Source: an uncultured Rhodospirillaceae bacterium (lineage in GTDB: Bacteria; Pseudomonadota; Alphaproteobacteria; UBA9219). Taken from it: a DNA stretch of 64,000 bases. The DNA lies in NCBI GenBank assembly GCA_964390005.1, contig CAYMGM010000001.1, positions 129,839-193,838 of the forward strand. The letters run 5' to 3'. Position numbers and translations under genes: made by a program. The notes beneath the pieces were generated by a model. The model saw nothing but the letters and a program-made list of their open reading frames with translations. It was not told where the DNA came from and made no database searches. This document shows positions 48,386-58,712 of this stretch, piece by piece. Position 1 is the first letter of the stretch; every line of letters begins with the position of its first letter.

Positions 48386-49435
48386 ATGAAAAAAGAATTC
48401 ACTGGTGCCCGGTATGGTTTTATTGATGCCATTCGCGGGATAGCGGCCTTGCTCGTGATGCTACAACACTCGCTTTATTCCAGTGGCTTGCTTGGTGACA
48501 TCCATGGCCCTTTAACAGGCTTTATTCCAACGATGCTTGAGTTGGGCGAGACGGGGGTCGTTGCCTTTTTTCTTGTCTCAGGGTTTGTTATTCCGCTCAG
48601 TTTAGAAAAAACGGCAAACTTTAAAATGTTCTGGATACACCGTATTTTGCGTATTTATCCGCTGTATCTGTGCGTCTATTTTGTCAGTTTGGTTTTGCAC
48701 CTTGGAACTTTTGATATCTCAGGCTTTTCAGCGCACGTCGTCAATTTTCTATCGCATCTATTAATGATCCAGGAATATGTCAAACAACCTAATCTTGTCG
48801 GCGGGTCGTGGACGCTTTCGATTGAAATGATCTGGTATATCGGTCTTTCAGTTTTATTCTTGTTGGCCTTGAATAAAAAGCCGCGTTTGCTTGTCGCTTT
48901 AGCCGTTGCCGCTTCATTTTTGGCATGTGTCGTTTGCGCGTTTGGGCCTCACCTTCCTATGGGAAGACTTTCAATGCTGGTTTGTTGTGTGTTGGGTTTC
49001 GTTTGTTACCGTTATGGGAAAAGCGATTTATCCAGCCGCGAATTTTGCTTTTTGGCAGGGCTTTTAATCATTGCGATTGTTACAAACCTGATGACTGGAT
49101 TTTTGTTGTTTCCATCGGCATATCCCACAGCCAGTTTTGCAATGGTTCGAGGTTCTTGGTCTTTAGGTATTTTGATTTTTTTTATACCTTTTCTCTTCCG
49201 TCAATCGTCCATCTGGGACAACAGCCTTTTGTCTTTCCTTGGGAAAATAAGTTATTCGATCTATTTGGGGCACGGTGTTGTCTTGCACCTGCTTGAAGAT
49301 AGCCCGCTAACAGGGTGGTGGTTTATTGCCGCTGTTTTTGTATCGACAATTCTTGTTGCGAGTCTGTCCTACCGCTATATTGAGCAACCGCCCATTCAAT
49401 TCGGTAAAAAACTGAACTCTTTAAGGCAACTCTAG
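48386..49435 (+). CDS. acyltransferase family 3 membrane O-acyltransferase
   Basis: About 10 TM helices. The N-terminal FIDAIRGIAALLVMLQH motif is typical of acyltransferase-3 (OatA/OafA-like). Lower GC than the flanking genes. Confidence 0.75.
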   Translation: MKKEFTGARYGFIDAIRGIAALLVMLQHSLYSSGLLGDIHGPLTGFIPTMLELGETGVVAFFLVSGFVIPLSLEKTANFKMFWIHRILRIYPLYLCVYFVSLVLHLGTFDISGFSAHVVNFLSHLLMIQEYVKQPNLVGGSWTLSIEMIWYIGLSVLFLLALNKKPRLLVALAVAASFLACVVCAFGPHLPMGRLSMLVCCVLGFVCYRYGKSDLSSREFCFLAGLLIIAIVTNLMTGFLLFPSAYPTASFAMVRGSWSLGILIFFIPFLFRQSSIWDNSLLSFLGKISYSIYLGHGVVLHLLEDSPLTGWWFIAAVFVSTILVASLSYRYIEQPPIQFGKKLNSLRQL

Positions 49436-49556
49436 GTAAAATCGGAGTCTATGACGTCGGCAGGGCGCGGCCATAGCCAAGCGCGGTTACGTGGCGTTCG
49501 CTTTATAAATAAGGAACGATGACGGATATTTTTCTTCGATCGTTTTTTCTATATCT

Positions 49557-50492
49557 CTAACTTTCAAAGGAAGCTTTTTCTAAGATTTTGCTTGGGTGGC
49601 CTTTACCGCAAAGCTTGTCGCCTATGGCCATAAAATTTCCGCGTAAGCGCCCCCAATAATCGATATCGGGCCGCGGCGGACGAATGGATTTGATAATATT
49701 GGCCGCAAAGTTTCGTGCAATTTGCCGCAAAGCGGCTTTGGTGGGCATTGTCCCTTTTCCCATCAAATAAAGAGGATTGGCAACTTGGGAATACCCGAAC
49801 CGAAGGCCACTTGTTCGTCCCCCTGAGACCCCCATGTGAACGCCGCGGCAGTTTGGCGTTCGTACGACAGGGCCAAAGGCCAAGGCTTGGCCGGTATAGT
49901 CATAGTCTTCTTGCCAGCTATAAAGCGGAAGGTTTTCATCAAAACGACATTGCCGGATAACGGTATGGTTAAAAGCCATGTTGCAGCCATAGGCACAATC
50001 GACAAAAGATTCTTTTGTTGTATTGGCCCAGTGCTTTTCAGGAACGATGGTCCCGGCCAGATAGTTTGTCGCTTGTTCTTCGCTAAGGCCGCCAGTCATG
50101 ACGCCGTCAGCTAAGACACGTCCTGTCAGGCCGACGATATCGCCTTTGGCAAAACGATCAGCAGCCTTTTCGAGCCAGTCGTCGGCAGGGCGAAAATCGT
50201 CGTCAAAAAAAGCGCAAAAGAAGTCGCCTTTTGTCTCATCCAGAAAGCCGCGTTGACGTAAGGTCTGAATCCCATAATTGCGCTGGCATGTCAGACCGGC
50301 AACAGGAGAAAGAACGATGTTTCCAGCAAGATGCTTAAAAGCGGGATGGTCGCGGCATTCGAAGACATCCCTTTCTTCGCTGCCAACGACAACGACGCCA
50401 TGCGGAGCAAGTGTCTGGCGTTGTAGGTAATCCAGCAGGGTGCCCGTCTCTTTGGCACGTCCTTTGGTCGCGATAATAACGAAAGCGCGCAT
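49557..50492 (-). CDS. glycosyltransferase (GT-A fold, family 2-like)
   Basis: 311 aa. The N-terminus MRAFVIIATKGRAKE resembles GT-A, and FFDDDF is a DxD-like motif. Confidence 0.55.
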   Translation of the reverse strand: MRAFVIIATKGRAKETGTLLDYLQRQTLAPHGVVVVGSEERDVFECRDHPAFKHLAGNIVLSPVAGLTCQRNYGIQTLRQRGFLDETKGDFFCAFFDDDFRPADDWLEKAADRFAKGDIVGLTGRVLADGVMTGGLSEEQATNYLAGTIVPEKHWANTTKESFVDCAYGCNMAFNHTVIRQCRFDENLPLYSWQEDYDYTGQALAFGPVVRTPNCRGVHMGVSGGRTSGLRFGYSQVANPLYLMGKGTMPTKAALRQIARNFAANIIKSIRPPRPDIDYWGRLRGNFMAIGDKLCGKGHPSKILEKASFES

Positions 50493-50636
50493 AGTGCCGT
50501 CTCGATCTTTTGTTTCAGTATTTCTTATGTTATGAACAGGATCATCCGAGATGGCAAGTTCTCACTTTTCGAATGAAGATAAAAAGCGTGTCTTCAAAGA
50601 TTTTGGTTAATATTTTGTCCTTCGCTTAGACAAAAA

Positions 50637-52175
50637 TTGTGGATAATACAGATGCAACCCGAAATAAAACCTAAATTATCGCATCAAGTCGCGAAGGCAG
50701 GCAGCCTGACAGTCTTGGGGAAATTGTTGGGACGCGGGCTCGATTTTATCACGTTGATCGTCTTATCTCACATATTAACGCCCAGCGATTTTGGCTTAAC
50801 GGCCCTTGCGATGACGTCAGTGACAATTGCTGAAAGCGTGACATCGTTACCGTTGACGGCGGTTTTAGTTCGAGAAGAGGCGCCAACCAAGGCCATGTTT
50901 GATACGGCCTTTACCTTGGCTTTTCTCCGCGGGTGCGTTCTGGCTGCTTTTCTAAGCGGCATTGCTTTTGTCATGGCACAGATTTATGGCGAGCCTCGCT
51001 TGACGCCCTTGGTCTGCGCCTTGTCGTTCGCGCCGATTTTTCGAGGCCTTCAAAGTCCGCATATGGTGCGCTTTGTAAAGGACATGGATTTTAGACGTGA
51101 TGCCTCGCTAGAGATTGTGGGGAAAGCGGGGGCTTTGATCGTTGCATCGACGCTTGCCTTGTCAACACGTAGCTATTGGTCGATTGCGATGGCGACAATA
51201 ACGACGCCATTTATTATGAATGTTCTTTCATATTTTTATGCGCCCTATAAACCCGCCTTTAGCCTAGCCGAATGGCCGCTTTTTCGCGCGATCGTCGGGT
51301 GGAACAGTTTGACGCAGCTTATTCTCTCATTAACCTGGCAATCTGATAGGTTGTTGCTTGGCTACTTTATCCCGAAGGCTAATCTTGGTCGCTATACAAT
51401 GGCCAACGATTTGTCCAGCATAGGGATTCAGGCTCTTGTCGTTCCATTGGATCAGCCGCTTCTCGTGGCTTTTTCCAAACGTTTTGATGATGCAAAAGAA
51501 ACGCTTGCCGCAACATATTTAAAAAGCACAAATGCAGTCCTGACAATAGCCGGCCCCTTTTTTCTTGGTCTTTCTCTATTAGCACAACCCATTGTACGTC
51601 TTGTGCTCGGCGAAGCGTGGAGCGAAACCGGACGGTGGTTGCACTGGATCGCACTTTTGAACCTTTCGTTGCTTCCTTTTTATCATATGAACAGCTTGGC
51701 TCTCGCCGTTGATCAGGCCCGTATGACAACAAGGCGTACCTTTGGCGAATTTCTTGTTCAAATACCAGTTGTCTTATGGGGAAGTAGATATTTGGGTGTC
51801 ACGGGGGCTCTGATCGGGCGCAGCATAACGCGCGCCGTTTCTATTCTTATCAGCCTTATAACAGTGCGTGAATTGATTGACGTTTCGATAAAAGGTCAAC
51901 TGATGGCCATGCATCGAACCATGATTGCTTTGTTGACGATGAGCGGCGTTCTTCTTTTAACGCGTGATTTTGTAGCGACGTCGTCAACAGTCATGATGGT
52001 TTTGTCGCTTGGCGTCGTTGCGGTTATCTCGGGCCTCTCATATTATTTGTGCCTTTACGCTTTATGGTTGGCAGAGGGGCGACCAGACGGTTGTGAGAAA
52101 ATTGCGGTTTCGCGGTTGTTAAGTCTTGTCTCTTATCTTTCGAGCAAATGTCTTAAAAAGCGCAAATTATTATAA
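50637..52175 (+). CDS. polysaccharide biosynthesis flippase (Wzx/MOP superfamily)
   Basis: 512 aa and about 12-14 TM helices. The N-terminus (KAGSLTVLGKLLGRGLDFITLIVLSHIL) is typical of the MOP exporter family. Confidence 0.75.
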   Translation: MWIIQMQPEIKPKLSHQVAKAGSLTVLGKLLGRGLDFITLIVLSHILTPSDFGLTALAMTSVTIAESVTSLPLTAVLVREEAPTKAMFDTAFTLAFLRGCVLAAFLSGIAFVMAQIYGEPRLTPLVCALSFAPIFRGLQSPHMVRFVKDMDFRRDASLEIVGKAGALIVASTLALSTRSYWSIAMATITTPFIMNVLSYFYAPYKPAFSLAEWPLFRAIVGWNSLTQLILSLTWQSDRLLLGYFIPKANLGRYTMANDLSSIGIQALVVPLDQPLLVAFSKRFDDAKETLAATYLKSTNAVLTIAGPFFLGLSLLAQPIVRLVLGEAWSETGRWLHWIALLNLSLLPFYHMNSLALAVDQARMTTRRTFGEFLVQIPVVLWGSRYLGVTGALIGRSITRAVSILISLITVRELIDVSIKGQLMAMHRTMIALLTMSGVLLLTRDFVATSSTVMMVLSLGVVAVISGLSYYLCLYALWLAEGRPDGCEKIAVSRLLSLVSYLSSKCLKKRKLL

Positions 52176-53098
52176 CCCCACATCAGGATCAGTCGACCGG
52201 TGATCGCTGGCGACGAAGAAAAAGACCCTTTTAAAATATGAACTATAGCTTGTAGAGATTGTCGAAGATCAAATCTTTTCAAAGCCTGATTGCGCCGAAA
52301 AACGCGCAGTAAAATGTAGCCTTCTTTGGTCGCCGGAGATAGGCGAAGCTGACGAAGCTTGTTCTCAAGCAAGTACTTGTTCACCTCGATAATTTCCGAT
52401 GAAACGGCGCTGCGTTCTTGCTCTTCTGTGCGCGTCATTGAAATGTTTGCCCCGTGCAGACGATATTTCAGAACAGGAACATTGATGTCGTGGATAAGGC
52501 CGTAGCGACTGATGCGAATGTACATGTCATAATCTTCGGCATGAGGATAGGCTGATGAATACCCTCCCGCTTTTTTCAAAGCATCGGTGCGCAGCATGAC
52601 AAGGGGGTGAAGAGCAGTTTTGATAATCGGCGGAAACACAGTCAAATCTGTCTGTTCATGCTGTTGTCGCGGACTTTTAAAGTCGGCCTTTGAGGCAGGT
52701 TGGGTTTGTCCGTTTGCGTCAATCGTGATCGGCTTTCCGCCGACAAGAACGACATCGGGGTGTTCTTTTAGATAAGAAACTTGGACGGCGAACCTGTCTG
52801 GCAGTGAAATATCGTCAGCATCCATGCGAGCCGTAAAGGTTCCGCGTGCGATGGCCAAGCCAGCATTTAGCGCTGCGACGATACCGGCGTTTTCCTGTGA
52901 TAAAACGCGAATGCGTTTGTCCCGCTTTTGATAGTCATCGATAATTTTATCTGAACCGTCCGTACTTCCATCGTTAACAATAATGAGTTCAAAATCATCA
53001 AGCGATTGATCAAGAATAGATTGAATGCTTTCGGCTAAATAGGCCTGACCATTATAAACAGGAAGCAAGCATGAGACAGTGATCGTGGGCGATGTCAT
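52133..53098 (-). CDS. glycosyltransferase family 2
   Basis: VSCLLPVYNGQAYLAESIQSILDQS...LIIVNDGSTDGS...RMDADDIS are the classic GT2 motifs. The start is placed at MTSPTITVS, whereas the ORF track gives 53263. Confidence 0.8.
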   Translation of the reverse strand: MTSPTITVSCLLPVYNGQAYLAESIQSILDQSLDDFELIIVNDGSTDGSDKIIDDYQKRDKRIRVLSQENAGIVAALNAGLAIARGTFTARMDADDISLPDRFAVQVSYLKEHPDVVLVGGKPITIDANGQTQPASKADFKSPRQQHEQTDLTVFPPIIKTALHPLVMLRTDALKKAGGYSSAYPHAEDYDMYIRISRYGLIHDINVPVLKYRLHGANISMTRTEEQERSAVSSEIIEVNKYLLENKLRQLRLSPATKEGYILLRVFRRNQALKRFDLRQSLQAIVHILKGSFSSSPAITGRLILMWGYNNLRFLRHLLER

Positions 53099-53241
53099 GA
53101 CAAAGATCGTTAATGTTTTTGCTCTCTTGGAGGGCGAAGATAACAAATAATATATTGCACTTAGCCATTGAATAGGCAATCTTGTTTTGTGGATTTGAAG
53201 GGATTTTATATTCCTTCTTTTTATTGTAAGGGAGTAAGCAG

Positions 53242-54186
53242 ATGAATATGCAGGATTTGTCAATGCAATTGGACCATTGCACAGATCTATTAGAAGGGCC
53301 TGTCGTTTATCTTGATTATCCCGTTCATAATAATATTGGCGATATCCTCATTTGGCTTGGGGCGCAGAAACTATTAAAAAGAAATCATATACAAGTGCTG
53401 GGCTCTTTTGAGCTGCGCTTAGGTTTCTATGCGAAACATTTATTGTCGTCTTGTACGACGATATGTATGCATGGGGGAGGGAATCTTGGTGATCTCTATC
53501 CGCGGCACCAGTCTTTTCGTGAAAAGATCATTCAAAAATATCCGGATAAAAAAATTGTCATTTTTCCTCAGACTGCCTGTTTTAGTAGTGCAGAGGCTCT
53601 ACAGAAAACAGCCGACATCTTTTTAGCGCACAAAAATCTCCATATTTTTCTAAGAGATCAAAACTCGTTTCAAACGTTGCAAGAGAAGGGAATTCCGAAC
53701 CTCCATCTTTCTCCTGATACAGCCCATGCTCTTTGGCCAATACGCCTTGGCGCGTTTTATCAAAAGGACAGCAAGCTCTATTTTTTCAGGCGCGACAAGG
53801 AAAAGACGCAAACGCCTTTTGATTGCGATGAGAAAGATGCATTCGATTGGAAAGACTGTATTCGTGGGTTCGACGAAGCTTTATTTAATTTTGGTCTTCA
53901 GTATCATCGTGTCGATGCGCGTTTGGCGGGCAGTCTTTTGAAGTCGAGTTGCCTATGGAATTATGTCTCGCAACGTCTTCTCGCCTCTGCTGCCGGGGTT
54001 TATGCAAACCACGAAACCGTCATTACAAACCGCCTGCATGGGATGATTTTTGCGGCGCTCACCGGAACAAAATGCATAGCCTTTGATAATTCGTACGGTA
54101 AGCTGTCTAGCTATTACGACCTTTGGCTTAAAGACATAGATAACCTTAGCTTTATCCAATCAGGTGGGGTTCAACCGCGTCTTTGA
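53242..54186 (+). CDS. polysaccharide pyruvyl transferase family protein
   Basis: NIGDILIW, GGGNLGD and NRLHGMIFAALTGTKCIAFDNSYGK match the CsaB/WcaK pyruvyl-transferase family. 314 aa. Low GC. Confidence 0.7.
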   Translation: MNMQDLSMQLDHCTDLLEGPVVYLDYPVHNNIGDILIWLGAQKLLKRNHIQVLGSFELRLGFYAKHLLSSCTTICMHGGGNLGDLYPRHQSFREKIIQKYPDKKIVIFPQTACFSSAEALQKTADIFLAHKNLHIFLRDQNSFQTLQEKGIPNLHLSPDTAHALWPIRLGAFYQKDSKLYFFRRDKEKTQTPFDCDEKDAFDWKDCIRGFDEALFNFGLQYHRVDARLAGSLLKSSCLWNYVSQRLLASAAGVYANHETVITNRLHGMIFAALTGTKCIAFDNSYGKLSSYYDLWLKDIDNLSFIQSGGVQPRL

Positions 54187-55624
54187 TCGTTGGGGCCAAA
54201 TGGTTTTATCTCTCTTAGCTTTTCTGATCATCTTGTGCGGACTGGCCTCGGATGGGCTTGTGGTGCGTCTTTTGTTTATTATGCCATCGTTTGCTGCGAT
54301 GGCCGTTCTTCCGCCATCTTGGCTGGGGGGCGTCAATATAACGCCAGGCAGTATGACTGCATTGATCTTTTCCTTGCGTTACATGACAAAGCCAGGCGCG
54401 TTTCATGGTGCCGTCGCCGCTTGCTTGAATAGAAAAAAACTGGGCTGGCTTTTCGTCTTTTACCTGGTCGCTTTTGCCGGAGCCCTTTTTCTTCCCCGGT
54501 TGTTCGCGGGGCGCATTCTAACTTATCAGCTCAGTACGGCAAAACTCAGCTATGTGATGCCAACAGGAACAAATTTCACACAAGCCTTGTATCTATTTTT
54601 GTCAGTTATGACGGCCATCATGGTATCCGTGACGATTACAAAACGTCCAAAATTCGGAGATTTGTTGTTGAAAGGGTTTTATGCTGGCGGTTTGGCCGTT
54701 ATTGGGACAGGGCTTCTTGATATTACGGCCAACCTGCTTGGACAAGGGGCTTTGCTGAAGGCTTTTTACACAGCCGAATATGGGTATTCAGCCGGGGCCA
54801 TTAATGGGTCACGCCGTGTCTTAGGGTTGACGCCTGAGCCTTCTACCTTTGGTTCGCACGCTGTCGCTTTTGCGGCGTTGCTTCTTTTCTTCGGACCGGC
54901 GTATGCAACAAAAATAGAAAAGCGCAACGCGTTTCTTTGTGGCCTTGGGTGCGCGGTAATGGCGTTTCTTTCGCTTTCATCGACAGCGTATGCCGCGATG
55001 TCTGTCGCTTTAGGTTTGTTCGCCCTTTACAGTGTTAAAGGTTATTCGAGCGATGGCAAAATTATTCGGCAATCCGTCGCCAACAAGCTGCTTATGGGGC
55101 TCTTTGTTTTTGTGTTGGTGGGGCTGTTCGTTTTGAGCTTCAGTGGCGCGTTCGACTATATGATGAATATGTTCGATACGCTGCTTTTTAAAAAGCAGTA
55201 CACCACGTCATATTTAGAAAGATCAAGTTGGACGACGACGGGGCTAGAAGCTTTTTTTCAGTCATGGGGGGTGGGCGTTGGCGTCGGATCTGTCCTTACC
55301 TCTAATTTTTTTGTTAATATTCTTGCAAGTACTGGCATTTTGGGCGCGATGCTATTTGCTCTTTTCTTGATGTCCTTTTTCACGGCGCGCGTCCCCATGA
55401 ACAATGGGCGAGCATCGATTTTTATCGGTGCGGCTAAAAGAAGTTATCTGCCCATTATGGTTGGCGCCTTTTTTGCGGGAACGACACCTGATTTTGGCAT
55501 TGTTCCCGCTGTGCTGTTCGGCTTGGTTTCTGGCTTTATAACCCCTATTGGTGGAGATTCTCATCGGTCTTTGCCGTTGCAAAAAAACAAAACTTATTTG
55601 CGAAAACCGTTAGAGAGAAAATAG
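54164..55624 (+). CDS. polytopic membrane protein, Wzy-type polymerase or O-antigen-ligase-like
   Basis: 486 aa with more than 10 TM helices and a larger loop. It lies in a polysaccharide locus between the pyruvyl transferase and GT genes. The family is not confirmed. Confidence 0.45.
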   Translation: MGFNRVFDRWGQMVLSLLAFLIILCGLASDGLVVRLLFIMPSFAAMAVLPPSWLGGVNITPGSMTALIFSLRYMTKPGAFHGAVAACLNRKKLGWLFVFYLVAFAGALFLPRLFAGRILTYQLSTAKLSYVMPTGTNFTQALYLFLSVMTAIMVSVTITKRPKFGDLLLKGFYAGGLAVIGTGLLDITANLLGQGALLKAFYTAEYGYSAGAINGSRRVLGLTPEPSTFGSHAVAFAALLLFFGPAYATKIEKRNAFLCGLGCAVMAFLSLSSTAYAAMSVALGLFALYSVKGYSSDGKIIRQSVANKLLMGLFVFVLVGLFVLSFSGAFDYMMNMFDTLLFKKQYTTSYLERSSWTTTGLEAFFQSWGVGVGVGSVLTSNFFVNILASTGILGAMLFALFLMSFFTARVPMNNGRASIFIGAAKRSYLPIMVGAFFAGTTPDFGIVPAVLFGLVSGFITPIGGDSHRSLPLQKNKTYLRKPLERK

Positions 55625-55644
55625 GCGTTCTTGATTTCTAGAGA

Positions 55645-55920
55645 TCAAGCAAAAACCCCGACGACGGACATTCCTACCTCTGGCGAAACAATAGCTATCG
55701 TCGTGGGGAGGTCGTTTGAAAAATCACTGTCGCTGCGAATGCAAGTGTAATAAAGACTTGGATCGCCAGCTCCTGGCAACAGGCTTTCGTTGCCGTTTTC
55801 GTCCGTTATGGTTTGTTCGGCGCGACCCTTTTGGATCGGGATATAATTTTTAAAACTTGCCACGAAGTTTTCTAAAAGAGCTTCATTATCACAAGATAAA
55901 TATGTGTCGATATAAGCCAT
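55645..55920 (-). CDS. hypothetical protein (AT-rich, phage-like triplet member)
   Basis: 91 aa. It is the last of three tightly packed minus-strand ORFs with GC clearly below the surrounding genes. Confidence 0.3.
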   Translation of the reverse strand: MAYIDTYLSCDNEALLENFVASFKNYIPIQKGRAEQTITDENGNESLLPGAGDPSLYYTCIRSDSDFSNDLPTTIAIVSPEVGMSVVGVFA

Positions 55921-55927
55921 CTTTCAC

Positions 55928-56911
55928 CTAAACGCTTTGGATTCTTTTAAGACAGAGTCTGTTTAAAACAGAAGGATCAACGGTATAGGATCCACTGCTG
56001 ACGCTTATGTCTTGGGTGCTGTCATCGTCAAACGTGCAGCGTATCGTTGAAATACCCGATGGGATTGTAAAGGAAAGCTGATCTGTGGCACGTGTGACGG
56101 CGCTTCCATTTGTGGGAATGTATGATGTGGCAACAGAGCCAACTTCATACTGCTCTCCCCATATATTTATGTTACCTGATGATCCTAGATATGACGGTAA
56201 AGAGCCGTTGGTATCTAAATTATTTGTCAGGGCGTTATAGAAAGTAGAATGGTTTCCTGAAGTGTTTTCTTTGGCCTTTACTGAAATTCTATAATTTGAA
56301 TTTCCTACCGCTTCAATGCTTGGTACAGCAACTGTAAAAGCGTTGTGGCCGACCACACCGGCACTAACATCAAAATTTGCATAATAAAGTTCAGTGTACG
56401 ACCCTGCATATGCTTTCATTTGCAGAATATACTCAGAACCCGCTCTTGCAAACACGCTCATGATTATATCATTGTAGTTCATAGCTATAAGCGGCGGTTT
56501 TGCATAGTGAACTGAAGACCCTGTTCCTTCATTAAGATTTTTGAAATAGGTCATCCCGTCTGGAGAAAGCAGAGACGAATCTGACGCGGTAACGCCAGAA
56601 AGGGCCCAATTCGTAGGAGGATTTGAGTTTGTAAATAAGTTTGTTCTTTGAGGCTCAATCAGTAACCCGCTAGCTTCCCACAATCCCGTCGAGGTATTGT
56701 AGTCATAATTAAATCTAGGCGTATCTACCGAAGCGGTCCGCATGACGCCGCTACTGTCGAAATAGGTTCCCGTGCTGGCGCGAGAGAAGCGACAATCGGT
56801 CGGCAGGATTCCGCTTGTAAAGGACAGATCCAACGCAGGCGGTTGGGGCGCGGCGCTCTTATGCGTCTTGTCAAGTAAAAGAAGCATCGCCATATTAAAC
56901 CGCGCGGACAA
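55928..56911 (-). CDS. phage tail-fibre-like protein
   Basis: 327 aa, Ser/Thr/Asn/Gly-rich. The LIEPQRTNLFTNSN and YIPTNGSAVTRATDQLSF motifs resemble conserved segments of phage tail-fibre / host-specificity proteins. No signal peptide. Confidence 0.4.
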   Translation of the reverse strand: MSARFNMAMLLLLDKTHKSAAPQPPALDLSFTSGILPTDCRFSRASTGTYFDSSGVMRTASVDTPRFNYDYNTSTGLWEASGLLIEPQRTNLFTNSNPPTNWALSGVTASDSSLLSPDGMTYFKNLNEGTGSSVHYAKPPLIAMNYNDIIMSVFARAGSEYILQMKAYAGSYTELYYANFDVSAGVVGHNAFTVAVPSIEAVGNSNYRISVKAKENTSGNHSTFYNALTNNLDTNGSLPSYLGSSGNINIWGEQYEVGSVATSYIPTNGSAVTRATDQLSFTIPSGISTIRCTFDDDSTQDISVSSGSYTVDPSVLNRLCLKRIQSV

Positions 56912-57260
56912 TCAATTTCAGGGTCGAAGCTGTCGCCTGCAAGACGGGGCTTGCTGCCGTACCTGACCTGATTTTCAGGTACTGCAAGGACGCAAAGCCT
57001 TTAGGATCAAGCATGATGCAACTAGAGGCGGTGGGAACGGCTGTAATTTCGCTACCGTCCTGGTCAATAAGGCTGTACCAGTTGGTGCCATTATCAGGGG
57101 ACATTTGAAAAGTCAAAGAAGCGTTTGTCCAGTTGGCGGGAATGGCAACGCCAAACAAACGCAATCCGCCAAGATCGATCGTGTTTGTTATGGATGCGCT
57201 GGCGTTGATCGTAACGGGAAGCGCTTCCCAAGCGGAGACGCAGGTGTCTTTCAGTGACAT
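56895..57260 (-). CDS. hypothetical phage-structural-like protein
   Basis: About 121 aa from MSLKDTCVS. It overlaps the tail-fibre-like gene start by 17 bp. AT-rich. Confidence 0.3.
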   Translation of the reverse strand: MSLKDTCVSAWEALPVTINASASITNTIDLGGLRLFGVAIPANWTNASLTFQMSPDNGTNWYSLIDQDGSEITAVPTASSCIMLDPKGFASLQYLKIRSGTAASPVLQATASTLKLIVRAV

Positions 57261-57466
57261 TTGAAATCCTTTCCAAGCATAAAAAAAGCGGCCCCTGAAA
57301 AGGGCCGCGTGCCGCGAGATATTTTTGTTTTTGTTCCTGTAAGTGTTCCGAATGCGCGTCAAAGCAAAAAAGGCGCAAGGAACCTGTCTTTAGTCAATAC
57401 GCGAAAGCGCGGATCTCGTCAAGGGAAAAATCCTACATTTAGACGAATGTTCAGAAAAATTCTACT

Positions 57467-58612
57467 TTAAACGAGTGCCTTGGCATAAATGGCTTGCTGA
57501 TGATCGGGGGCGCATGTTTCCCATCCGGCTTTGGCTATCGCGTCGAAAAAACGTGGGTTCTCATACAATTGCCGCATAGCTTTGGCGGTCGCATCAATGT
57601 CGGGATCGGCCCATGTGACTGTGCCATAGATACCGCTTTGATCCTTCATGGTAACAAGCTGATAGGGAACAAGAAGAGCATTCTCAGGCGACATAAAGTC
57701 CATATTGCCAGACCAAGCCGTTGCAATCGTCGCAAGACCAGCGATACGGGCCTCAAGAAGAGGAAGGCCAAAACCTTCGGCGCGGTGTAGCGACACATAG
57801 ACATGGGCATCGGTCATGATTTTTTCGATTTCGGCGCGCGTCAAGGTTTCGCGGATAAGATGGATGCGATCATCGCCAGCAACGGATTCGATGAATTGCG
57901 CTATTTCAGGTATTGTTGATTGGCCTTGTAACTTCACGACAAGGCGAGCGTTGTCTTCTTTTGAAAACGCTTTTTGAAAAGCCGCGACGACGGCAGCTGG
58001 ATTCTTTCGCGTGAGGCCTGATCGTGCATCGGCCATGGTCAAAAAGCATAAAGGCTCTTGATCGGCATGCCATTGACGGGGAGACGGGCCGCGATCCATG
58101 CGGACATGAGGCACAACGCGGATCGGATCGGCGTAAAGTTTGCCAAGTCCAAGGGCCGCAAAACGGCTCGGCGTCCAAATTTCATCCCAAATGCCTGTAT
58201 AGACGGGCCATCCGGCAGGCGGATCGGGCAGTTCCCAAGCAAAGTATCCAATACGCCTTTGGTTTTTTAAAACCTTTCGCAAAGGCCAGGCCAGTTGCAG
58301 AAACTCGGGGGCTGCGCAGTGAAAGATAAAAATGCCATCCTTTGGACAATCAATCTGTTTAAAGGGGTTGCGAATAGCTGACGAAATATCGACTTTACGA
58401 ACCTTATAGCCCAACCGTTCAAAAGCAATTGCATGATAGTTGGCCCCATTGGTTAATCCGTTTTGGACCGCAAAACGGCAAACGATGTTAATGGGGGTAT
58501 CAAGTGTTAGGGGAAGTGCGGCGGGGCTTGGCCGTTGTAGCTTTGACAAGGCGATCCGATTAAAAATGGAAAAATAGAGGCCCTTGGCCCATTTTTTTAA
58601 TTGTGACATCAA
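57467..58612 (-). CDS. glycosyltransferase family 4
   Basis: RAEGFGLPLLEARIAGLATIAT is the E-x7-E motif. 381 aa. Confidence 0.7.
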   Translation of the reverse strand: MMSQLKKWAKGLYFSIFNRIALSKLQRPSPAALPLTLDTPINIVCRFAVQNGLTNGANYHAIAFERLGYKVRKVDISSAIRNPFKQIDCPKDGIFIFHCAAPEFLQLAWPLRKVLKNQRRIGYFAWELPDPPAGWPVYTGIWDEIWTPSRFAALGLGKLYADPIRVVPHVRMDRGPSPRQWHADQEPLCFLTMADARSGLTRKNPAAVVAAFQKAFSKEDNARLVVKLQGQSTIPEIAQFIESVAGDDRIHLIRETLTRAEIEKIMTDAHVYVSLHRAEGFGLPLLEARIAGLATIATAWSGNMDFMSPENALLVPYQLVTMKDQSGIYGTVTWADPDIDATAKAMRQLYENPRFFDAIAKAGWETCAPDHQQAIYAKALV

Positions 58613-58712
58613 ATAAGTCCATTTCTATGGTTTTGTTAGCGCTTTAGACGCCTTGACCTTGGCGTTATCTTGGCACAGCATAAAGAAAAAGCCAATTCGG
58701 AAAGGCCTCACA

